DNA from: Planctomycetota bacterium
GTDB lineage: Bacteria; Planctomycetota; UBA8108; UBA1146
Reading direction: 5' to 3'
DNA length: 64,000 nucleotides
Assembly: GCA_002711105.1 (NCBI GenBank)
Contig: PAIH01000044.1
Coordinates: 33,658 to 97,657, forward strand
The notes below the pieces were generated by a model. That model did not search any database and was not told the origin of the DNA. It worked only from the letters and a program-made list of their open reading frames with translations. Position 1 is the first letter of the stretch. Each line of letters starts with the position of its first letter. The translations under genes and the position numbers were made by a program. Positions 8,957 through 17,800 of the stretch are shown in pieces.

Positions 8957-9033
8957 CGAGCTTCCTCCACGTTTCAAAGCTGAAACTTCTCCGGTGCTCG
9001 CCAATCCTCTCATGGTTTTCATTGAGATGGGAA

Positions 9034-9067
9034 GGGGCCGGAGAAGATCTTGGTCTTCTCCGGCCCC
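9034..9067 (-). terminator. 13-bp hairpin downstream of P1 (terminator-like, weak U tract)
   Basis: ggggccggagaag (9034-9046) pairs with cttctccggcccc (9055-9067). Confidence 0.5.
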
Positions 9068-9092
9068 TGCAACCCTGGCTTCTTACCAATTC

Positions 9093-12000
9093 TTACGGAC
9101 ATCCTCCATAAGTTTCGCAATCAAGACCATCCCCAGGAGTCATGTCGATTCCGCAGGTAATCGGTCCCGGAGCCGGTGGAGGGCCACCGTTCTGGAACTG
9201 GTAGTTCAGCACATAGATGATATCCGATATGTCATGCAAGCCATCGTCATTGGCATCTATTGCATCCGTGCAACCCGATGCAGGACCGCCAAGCATGAGG
9301 CTGTAAAGCATGAAGATCGCATCTGCAATATCCACACTTCCGTCGTCATTAGCATCACCACGGCGGAAACTCGGCTCACACTCATCCGGTAATCCATTTG
9401 CATTGGTATCAAGGCTCTCGCCACTTAGCAGATCACATGCATCTGGTACACCGTTATCATTGCAATCGGGACTAGTGCCGGTAGAAACGTCGCACACATC
9501 TGGTGTCCCGTTCTCGTCACAGTCGGGATCACACTCGTCAGGCGTTCCGTTCCCATCACAATCGGCAGAGGAACCTTCTGCGATATCACAGACATCTGGA
9601 TTTCCATTGCCGTTACAGTCATCTTGCGGAACAACAATCGTCACCGTCTGTTCGACAACCGTCGTGTTACCGTGATTATCAGTAGCGGTCCACTGTAGAA
9701 TCGTACTTCCATGATCATAGGTACCGCTCGCATCGTCCGTTCCATTGAGATCGTTGTATAGATCCACTACCACGCAGTTGTCGCTGGCATTCGGAGTCGG
9801 AATATTGAGTGTTGCAGTACAAGTACCCTCTGGAGCAGGAATCGTCAGATTTCCACTTGTCGTGATGGTCGGGGATTCATTATCAGAAACCGAAACCAGG
9901 AACTGAGCTGAAACTACGTTTCCGTTCGCATCTGACTGCGAGTAACTCACCGTAGTTGTTCCTACCGGGAAGAACTCGCCAGGCTGATGGCTGGTTATCA
10001 GTTCGCCAAGATCGCAGTTATCGGTGGCAGTTGGCGGATTCCAGTTAACACTAGCGCCACACACACCTGGATCGGTCAGCTGTGACAAATCACCCGGTAT
10101 ACCTTCAAGAACTGGATCTTCACTGTCAATTACAGTCACGATGAAGGTGTGCTGACTGAGGTTTCCATGCGCATCAGACAAGGACATGGTCACAAATGTA
10201 GTTCCGACGTTGAAGAATTCTCCTGGCTCATGGCTTGTTGTCAGGTTTGTCGTTCCACAGTTATCACTGACCTGTGCCGGTTCCCAAGTTGCGGTGGCAC
10301 CACAATCTCCAAGTCCTGACGCCATCGTCATACTTTCTGGCGCCAGGTCGAAGCTTGGTGCCTGATCATCACTCACGGTTATCGTGAACGAAGCTGTGGT
10401 CTCATTTCTTGAATCATCTGTAACGGTATAAGATACCGTAGTTGTACCAACAGGGAAAAACTCACCGGCTGAATGGGTGCTGGTAGTGCTGCTGGCTGGG
10501 CAGTTGTCTGCACTTGACGGCTCGGGCCAGCTAACTGTTGCCCCACACAAATCTGGCTCACTGGTAATCGAAATATCATCTGGCATGCCAAACAACTGAG
10601 GTGCTTCCATGTCAGTGACAGAAATCGAGAACTGGTGGCTTGCAGAGTTACCGTTAATATCTTGCAACGTCATCGTGACGACCGTCGTGCCAACGGGGAA
10701 CTGCATGCCAGACGGATAATCAGATCCGAGAGAAAGCACACCGCAGTTGTCACTGGTCTGCGGTGCATCCCAGACTGCGGTAGCAACACATTGTGCCGCA
10801 TTTGTATCGAGCTCCATGTCTCCAGGACTGGTAACAAAGCTAGGGGCTTCATCATCTGAGATGGAAATCTCAAAGGAACTGCTGACTGTAAGACCGTTTA
10901 TATCGGTGGCTGTGTACGTCACCGTTGTGTTACCCACCGAGAAGAAACTTCCTGACGGGTGACTGGTGAAGAGACTTGGACTCGGGCAGTTATCAGTGGT
11001 AGTGGGCGCGGTCCATTCGATGACCGCTCCACAAGCACCTGAATCGGCAGTCTGAGTGACCGAGGCAGGCATATCGTGAATCTGGGGTGCCTGCTCGTCT
11101 GTCACCGTAATACCAAATTCGTGGACCGTCGCCTGACCGTGAATGTCGGCTACAGTCATCGACACCGTGGTAGTTCCCAGCTGGAAGAAATCTCCCGACT
11201 GATGGCTGGAAGTCAGAGATTGAACCGCGCAGTTATCAGAAGTAACTGGGGCCTCCCAGCTCGCCGTTGAACCACACAGATCAGGATCAGTCCCTAGCTG
11301 CTGTGATTGCGGAGAGCTTTCAAACAACGGCGCTTCGTCATCTGTCACGGTAATCGTGAAGGAACCCAGTACTGTATTGTCGCTGGTATCTTCTACTGTG
11401 TATGTGACAAGAGTTTCTCCGACATCAAAGAAATCTCCTGGTTGATGGGTGCTGCTCAGGAGCTCTCCAGCGCAATTGTCTGTAGTAGTCGGAGGCGACC
11501 ACGTTACGCCAGCTCCACAAAGTCCAAGATCAGCAGTCTGGTTAATTCTTCCAGGCATATTGACCAGCTGTGGATTCTCGACGTCACTTACCGTCACGGA
11601 AAATGTATGGGTCGTGACGTTGTTATGGACGTCAGTCAAAGTCAACAGAACATCAGTTGTGCCTGTCGAGAAGAAATCGCCACTATTGTGTGACGTCTCG
11701 ATGGAAAGAACTCCACAGTTATCACTTGTGTTAGGTGCTTCCCAGCTAGCCTGGGCTCCGCACTGACCAGGATCTGAACCCATGGCCATACTTTCAGGAG
11801 CAGTGAGAAACTCTGGGTTTTGATCGTCAAGGACCGTTACCGTGAATGAATCTGCAGTCGTATGACCACTCAGATCTGTACTCGTGTAGGTAACAGTAGT
11901 ATCGCCCATTGCCAACAAGCTACCGCTGGCAATATCTGATCCGAAGGAAGTGACTCCGCAGTTGTCTGCTGAAGTGGGCTCCTCCCAGGTTGCAGTTGCT

Positions 12001-14399
12001 CCACAAACATCAGCATCATTGGTGAGTGTGAAGGAAGAAGGCATACCTGAGATTGTCGGATTTTCGTCATCCGTAACCGTAATTGTGAAAGATGCGGTGG
12101 CCAGGTTCCCTGACAAATCTTCGGCAGTGAACGAGACCTCTGCAGTTCCTACCGGGAATTGAGAACCAGAAAGATGTGACGCACTGACCAGTGGCGGAGG
12201 ACTGCAATTGTCGGTAGCCGCCGGGGTAATCCAGCTCACCGCTGTTGAGCAACTACCCGGATCTGCACTCGCCAGGATATTTTCAGGCACATTCAAGAAC
12301 TCAGGCGGTGTCGGGTCGACGGTGCCTGGATCTTCACACTCGTCCAGAACGCCATTGGTGTTGCAGTCGATCGAAGATCCTGCTGTCAACTGGCACTCAT
12401 CGGGTACCCCATTGCTGTCGCAATCGACCGTCAATCCCTGGTCAATGTCACAGGAATCGATCTGATCATTACCATTACAATCGAGTATCGGTGTGCTAAC
12501 CAGTTCACAAGCGTCAGGAATACCGTCTCCGTCGCAATCTGAGTCTCCGCCGGAGATCTGGCACACATCTAGCTGACCATCACTATCGCAATCAGGAGAA
12601 CCAGACAAAATTTCGCAGCCATCTGGAATACCATTCAGATCGCAATCGGTTTCCAGGCCAGTAGCGATATCGCAACTGTCAGGAACGCTGTTGGAATTGC
12701 AATCTTCGGTTCCTGCCAACAGATCGCAATCATCGGGAGTACCATTTTCATTGCAATCAGTCTCACAGTCATCGGGGAGTGCGTTCGAGTTGCAATCTCC
12801 GCTACTTCCCGAACTAATATCACAACTATCTGGGACTCCGTTATTGTTGCAATCGGGTGTACCCGTCAGAAGATTGCAGGTATCCGGAATTCCATCGCCG
12901 TCACAATCCAAGGAGGAGCCAGAGGTAATATCACAGAGATCTGGAACTCCATTACCATTGCAATCGAGCTTGGCACCGCTGGTAAGTTCACAACGGTCAT
13001 CCAAACCATTTCCGTCACAGTCCGGAGCATCTTCCGTATGGGTCATGAAAACTGCGGGAAAACCCGAAGCTACAACTCCTGCCCAATTACCATTTGTCGT
13101 GACCTGTGAACCATATCGATCACCATTGAGGGTGGTGACAGGTCGTAACGAATCTCTCAGCTCCCAACCCGTGCCAAGGCGACGGTACAGGTGGGCGGAT
13201 CCTTGTGAAGAATCTACATTTGGCTCGCCAACCAGCATTTGCTCTTCAGAGACCGCCAGAGATGTTCCATACCGATTAGTTTCAGGATGAGTACTCATCG
13301 TCTTGTCAACTTGTGTCCAAGTGGCCGCAGTTCGGTCGAAGGTATACACGGCTCCTACCGGACCCGCTCCAGCGGGACCGCCCAGGGCACCAGTAGCAGA
13401 GATCACGAGAGTTTCTCCTGTAGCCGCCAGGTTGGTTCCAAAACCAAGGTTCTGGATGCTGTCTATTGCCGACAGGCTCCCCTGCAATATCCAGATTCCT
13501 CCAAGATCGAGGTACATATGGACTCGTCCTGATCCAGCGGCAAATCCAGGAGCTCCGACAAAAGCCCAGCCACCCTCTGCCAGGGCAACCGAACCACCAG
13601 TCTCCTCACCACCACCCGGATTGAAGGGCGCTGTTTCGGTGAGATGCGCTGTCCGCTCCCAACCGGTACCGGTCTGGGACCAAACATCGGCGTATCCGGA
13701 AGGCTGTATCTGATCGGGATTGTTGGGATTTTCTGGTATCAACTGCGGCGCACCTACGATGATGTCAGACCCCAGCACTGCTACTGATCTACCGTACTCA
13801 TCACTTGGAGACGGTGTTTCGGCCATCAGTTTTGCAACCTGCATCCATCCCAGTTGAGTACGCGCAAAAACATAGGCAGCTCCTCTGGTCGCATCGCTGA
13901 GGGGTGCCCCTACAACGGCGATATCGCCGTCGATGGCCAAGGAACTTCCAAAGCCATCTTCGAATTCTTCATCCAGGGGAACCAACAGGCTACTGTTGAG
14001 CCACATGTTGCTCTGACGCTGATAAACTTCTACCAACCGTACAGCAGGAGGATCTAACGGATCAGGAACATCATCAGGGGCAAGTGGCTCAAACGGATCC
14101 GCCACGAGCAAGGTATCTCCCGACATAGCGATCACGCTCGAGAAACTACCAAACAACGAGTTCACCGGGATCGGCTCGCATACGTCCAAAATCCCGTTCA
14201 AATTACAATCCGCTAACGGATCGGCTGCACTTTCACACTCATCGGGAATCCCGTTACTGTTGCAATCTGAGCTGAACCCTGTAGCGATATCGCCAGCATC
14301 AATTTGGCCGTTGCTATTACAATCAGGAGTCTGCGCTTCGAGCGCAACCGGACCGACAAAAACTGTGAAGGCCAATACGGCCGAAAAGATAATACGCAT
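9093..14399 (-). CDS. Giant secreted modular protein P1 (~1768 aa): DCN repeats, FG-GAP propeller, DCN repeats, ~11 HYR domains, DCN repeats, dockerin-like C-terminal module
   Basis: One uninterrupted ORF. The track start at 14465 is TTG. The ATG at 14399 gives the signal peptide 'MRIIFSAVLAFTVFVGPVALEAQ'. Confidence 0.9.
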   Translation of the reverse strand: MRIIFSAVLAFTVFVGPVALEAQTPDCNSNGQIDAGDIATGFSSDCNSNGIPDECESAADPLADCNLNGILDVCEPIPVNSLFGSFSSVIAMSGDTLLVADPFEPLAPDDVPDPLDPPAVRLVEVYQRQSNMWLNSSLLVPLDEEFEDGFGSSLAIDGDIAVVGAPLSDATRGAAYVFARTQLGWMQVAKLMAETPSPSDEYGRSVAVLGSDIIVGAPQLIPENPNNPDQIQPSGYADVWSQTGTGWERTAHLTETAPFNPGGGEETGGSVALAEGGWAFVGAPGFAAGSGRVHMYLDLGGIWILQGSLSAIDSIQNLGFGTNLAATGETLVISATGALGGPAGAGPVGAVYTFDRTAATWTQVDKTMSTHPETNRYGTSLAVSEEQMLVGEPNVDSSQGSAHLYRRLGTGWELRDSLRPVTTLNGDRYGSQVTTNGNWAGVVASGFPAVFMTHTEDAPDCDGNGLDDRCELTSGAKLDCNGNGVPDLCDITSGSSLDCDGDGIPDTCNLLTGTPDCNNNGVPDSCDISSGSSGDCNSNALPDDCETDCNENGTPDDCDLLAGTEDCNSNSVPDSCDIATGLETDCDLNGIPDGCEILSGSPDCDSDGQLDVCQISGGDSDCDGDGIPDACELVSTPILDCNGNDQIDSCDIDQGLTVDCDSNGVPDECQLTAGSSIDCNTNGVLDECEDPGTVDPTPPEFLNVPENILASADPGSCSTAVSWITPAATDNCSPPPLVSASHLSGSQFPVGTAEVSFTAEDLSGNLATASFTITVTDDENPTISGMPSSFTLTNDADVCGATATWEEPTSADNCGVTSFGSDIASGSLLAMGDTTVTYTSTDLSGHTTADSFTVTVLDDQNPEFLTAPESMAMGSDPGQCGAQASWEAPNTSDNCGVLSIETSHNSGDFFSTGTTDVLLTLTDVHNNVTTHTFSVTVSDVENPQLVNMPGRINQTADLGLCGAGVTWSPPTTTDNCAGELLSSTHQPGDFFDVGETLVTYTVEDTSDNTVLGSFTITVTDDEAPLFESSPQSQQLGTDPDLCGSTASWEAPVTSDNCAVQSLTSSHQSGDFFQLGTTTVSMTVADIHGQATVHEFGITVTDEQAPQIHDMPASVTQTADSGACGAVIEWTAPTTTDNCPSPSLFTSHPSGSFFSVGNTTVTYTATDINGLTVSSSFEISISDDEAPSFVTSPGDMELDTNAAQCVATAVWDAPQTSDNCGVLSLGSDYPSGMQFPVGTTVVTMTLQDINGNSASHQFSISVTDMEAPQLFGMPDDISITSEPDLCGATVSWPEPSSADNCPASSTTSTHSAGEFFPVGTTTVSYTVTDDSRNETTASFTITVSDDQAPSFDLAPESMTMASGLGDCGATATWEPAQVSDNCGTTNLTTSHEPGEFFNVGTTFVTMSLSDAHGNLSQHTFIVTVIDSEDPVLEGIPGDLSQLTDPGVCGASVNWNPPTATDNCDLGELITSHQPGEFFPVGTTTVSYSQSDANGNVVSAQFLVSVSDNESPTITTSGNLTIPAPEGTCTATLNIPTPNASDNCVVVDLYNDLNGTDDASGTYDHGSTILQWTATDNHGNTTVVEQTVTIVVPQDDCNGNGNPDVCDIAEGSSADCDGNGTPDECDPDCDENGTPDVCDVSTGTSPDCNDNGVPDACDLLSGESLDTNANGLPDECEPSFRRGDANDDGSVDIADAIFMLYSLMLGGPASGCTDAIDANDDGLHDISDIIYVLNYQFQNGGPPPAPGPITCGIDMTPGDGLDCETYGGCP
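9096..9374 (-). other. Dockerin-like C-terminal module of P1, ending in ...CETYGGCP
   Basis: Two EF-hand-type loops, 'DANDDGSVDIAD' and 'DANDDGLHDISD', each followed by a hydrophobic helix. Then a Pro-rich linker and a Cys-rich tail. Confidence 0.7.
9640..12310 (-). repeat. HYR (hyalin repeat, Ig-like) domain array of P1, ~11 units of ~83 aa
   Basis: Recurrent 'D.E.P.i...P.d......(C)G A.v.W..P...DNC......sh..G..F.vGtT.VtYt..D..GN......F.vtV.D'. Confidence 0.8.
12310..13040 (-). repeat. DCNxNGxPDxC repeat array of P1 (~13 units of 18-19 aa)
   Basis: For example 'DCDGNGLDDRCE...DCNGNGVPDLCD...DCDGDGIPDTCN...'. Confidence 0.8.
13040..14170 (-). other. FG-GAP / integrin-alpha-like 7-blade beta-propeller of P1
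   Basis: Seven '(F/Y)G.s.a..g....vGAP......G..y.f' blades, e.g. 'GFGSSLAIDGDIAVVGAPLSDATRGAAYVF'. Confidence 0.7.
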
Positions 14400-14830
14400 G
14401 GGAATCCCACCCACTCCCTTTCCGATCGGAGATCCGATCCAGGGGCAATGCCGAATATTCGGCAAAATCCTTCGATAATCGAAAGCGATAACCCCGTACC
14501 CATTTCATTGCTGAGGAGCGAACTGACATAAATAGTCTGTGAAAGGTCGAAATAGCGGCCTTTCCACCAGGATCTGACGATCCACACCTCTAGTGATAAT
14601 CATCACATTTTCAAACTCTTTGCTTTTATACAGGTATGGGCATGTTAACAAAAGCAGAAAAACACCAGATCAACTAACCAAAGAGATATTTATAGTCTTT
14701 TTAGCTATGGGGTTATAGAAAATGCACTGAGAATTAAAAGCCGAATGTATTCAACATAAATAAAGTAACAAAGATAGACAGATCGCTAACATACGAGGTA
14801 ATACTCTGAGAAATAGGGGTAAACAAAACT

Positions 14831-14872
14831 GAGGCGTCGGATCCTGCTACACGAGCAGAACCTCGACGCCTC
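14831..14872 (-). terminator. Terminator hairpin downstream of P2
   Basis: gaggcgtcg (14831-14839) pairs with cgacgcctc (14864-14872), with an inner ctgct/agcag stem. On the minus strand it is followed by AGUUUUGUUU. Confidence 0.65.
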
Positions 14873-14885
14873 TCAAGCCCCAAGA

Positions 14886-17800
14886 TTATGGGCAAGCGTT
14901 GTAGAGCGCGCACCCCAGGCCATCAGAATCGGTCGGATCCACTCCACAACTATCGAAAGGTGGTGGAGGTGGACTCGTACCGTTGAACTGGAAACCGAGG
15001 ATGCTGATCACGTCAGAAACGTCGACAGTGCCATCGTCATTGGCATCTGCTGCGTCGTCGCAACTAGGATCGAGTCCTCCAGCAAAGAGGTTCACCAACA
15101 AGAAGACACCATCTGCAATGTTGACGATGCCATCGCCATTGCCATCACCTCTATAGAAGTTTACCTGACAAGAATCGGGGATTCCGTCACCATCGAGATC
15201 AGTGGCGGCTCCGCTCACCAAATCACATGCATCCGGGATTCCATTACTGTTGCAATCGTCAGCGATACCCTCAGAAATCTCGCACAAATCTGGAATGCTA
15301 TTCACATTGCAATCAGACAGTGTCCCATCAAGAAGATCGCAACTGTCTGGCACTTCGTTCTCATTACAATCATTGGCAACACCAGTAGAGATCTCGCAAC
15401 TATCTGGAACACCTGTACCGTTACAATCTTGCTCGACACCCAGATCGATTTCACAGCTGTCAATATCACCATCAAGATCACAATCAGCCCATGTGCCAGA
15501 AGCGATATCACAGGAGTCGGGAACACCATTCAAGTTGCAATCATTGGCAGTTCCAGTGAAGACTTCGCAGCTATCTGGCACTCCAGTGCCATCGCAATCA
15601 TCCTCTAGCCCGCTGGCAAGGTCGCAAGCGTCTGGGATTCCGTTGTTATTGCAATCAGCCACTTGGCCGTTACCAACGTCGCAGTTGTCAGGCACACCGT
15701 TTCCGTCACAATCGGAAGTACCATTACTGATGTCACAGGAATCGGGAATACCGTTGCTGTTGCAATCCGGAACGGCACCGGTTGAAACCTCGCAACTATC
15801 AGGAACCCCTGAGCTATTGCAATCTTCAGCGACACCATCTATCAAATCGCACGAATCTGGAATCCCGTTGCTATTGCAGTCAGGAGCAGCACCACTGGAA
15901 ATCTCACAGCTATCCGGCACTCCATTGGCGTCGCAATCAGAAGCAGTACCAGCTTCCAAATCACAGACATCGAGTGTTCCGTTAGCGTTGCAATCAGAAG
16001 AAACACCTGTCGCCAGGTCACATGTATCAAGTACCTGATTCTGGTTACAGTCAGTGTCCTGTCCTGTTGCGAGATCGCAATCGTCGAGGATCCCGTTAGA
16101 GTTACAATCCACTTCAGTGCCTGAAATCAACTCACAGGAATCAATGACTCCATCCAAATCGCAGTCTGTCGCACTACCTGCCGAAATCTGGCAGCTATCG
16201 ACAAACCCATCGAAATCGCAATCCAGTTCAACTCCTGATTCGATATCACAGCTATCAGGCTGGCCATTAGCATTGCAATCGAGGACTACCCCGGCGGATA
16301 TCTCACAAGAATCTGGAATTCCGCTCAGGTCGCAGTCTGTTTCAGTGCCCGAGGCAATTTCGCAACCGTCTAAGATTCCATCGCTGTCACAGTCCGCCTC
16401 TGTTCCATTGTTGATTTCGCAACTATCCGGCAGACCATCTTCATCGCAGTCAAGAGAACTACCTTGTTCGATTTCGCAATCGTTAGGTATCCCATCTCCG
16501 TCGCAATCTGGCTGACACTCATCAGGCACACCGTCCAAATTACAATCGAGACTGTTGCCTTCGACGATGTCGCAGACGTCAGGATTGTTATTGTTATTGC
16601 AGTCTGGAGAATCAATCAGAACGGTAACGATTCCAGCTGTGAATGACAAATTCCCGTTGGTATCGGTTGCAGTCCAGTTGATTAACGTATTTCCGCGAGG
16701 GTAGAAACCGGAAGCATTCGCAGTACCGTTGAAGTCATTTACGACTGTCACCTCTCCGCATGCATCAGTTGTTTCCAGTTCTGGAACCTCTACTAAAGCA
16801 CCGCATTCTCCCGCTGGAGCAGTTACAGTTAATGGCAGGGGTGGTGTGATCGTTGCACTTTCATCATCAATAACTGTGACATTGAAAGATTCGGACACAC
16901 TGTTTCCACTGATATCTATAGCAACGTATGTAACGAGAGTGGTTCCTACAGTGAAGAAGGATCCGGAATCATGACTCGACTCAAAACTTGCCAAACCACA
17001 ACCATCTATGCCTGTGGGTTCAAGCCAAGTAATACTCGCACCACAAATCCCAGCTTGTGTCGTGTAGGTAAGATCTGTCGGCAATCCCACTATCTGAGGA
17101 TCTTCATCATCTAGCACTGTAATTTGGAAAGAAGACGTGACTTGATTATCTGAACTGTCAGTGGCCACCACAATGACTGTTGTAGTTCCCACTCCATATT
17201 CCATTCCGGAATAGAAACTTGTCACAAGCTGGGCAACTTCACAATTGTCTGTAGCAGTTGGGAATTCCCAGTTCACTGCAGCAGCGCAATGTCCCGGGGG
17301 TGCAGTGACGATTTGATCCTCGGGTATTGAGGTGATGATCGGAAGTTCTGTATCCAGAACCGTGACCACGAAGCCAGAGGTCGTATCATTCCCAGAAGTA
17401 TCAGATGCGGTGTAGACGACTTCAGTAGCTCCTGCAGGGAAGAACTCACCCGAGCTGTGAGTTGAACTGAATGTAACCGTACCACAGGCATCCTCGATGG
17501 TCGGATCTTCCCAGGTCACCACGGCTCCACATTGGGAACTCGTGTTGTCGAGCTCGATGAAAGCTGGCAAACCGGAGATCTCCGGACCTTGAACATCAGC
17601 TACGTCGATATCGAATGAGTAAACGGCTTCGTTACCTGAGGTATCCGATACCAGATAGCTCACAGTGGTTACACCTACCGGGAAGAAATCTCCACTAGAG
17701 TGTGTTTGTGTAACTTCAGCTACTTCACAGTTATCGATGGATTCAGGTGCTCCCCATGTTGCAACAGCACCGCATTGGTCTTGAGCAGAACCAATTTCTA

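Noticed and set aside
9340-9374. An 'RGD' integrin-recognition tripeptide preceding the dockerin-like loops in P1-P4 (FRRGDAN, FYRGDGN, FRRGDAN, FLRGDTN), which is tempting next to integrin-like FG-GAP propellers.
   Set aside because: The G-D belongs to the first calcium-binding loop (GDxNxDG), as in ordinary dockerins. The conserved RGD is therefore most simply a by-product of that motif and not a cell-attachment site.
15202-16038. Long plus-strand ORFs inside the giant genes, with repetitive 'SQLSGTP..LQS' translations. Examples are 15202-16038 (278 aa), 36480-37070 (196 aa), 12691-13290 (199 aa), 61262-62083 (273 aa) and dozens of others.
   Set aside because: They lie antisense to uninterrupted 5-15 kb minus-strand ORFs with clear domain grammar. 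Their periodic sequences are simply the reverse-complement reading of the DCN and HYR repeats, whose codon usage happens to avoid antisense stops. They have no independent RBS or motif support.
15165-16615. Reading the Asp/Asn/Gly-rich repeats as RTX (GGxGxD) nonapeptides, which would imply type I secretion.
   Set aside because: The period is 18-19 aa and not 9. Every unit carries two Cys. The proteins have N-terminal Sec signal peptides. No ABC/MFP/TolC genes are nearby.
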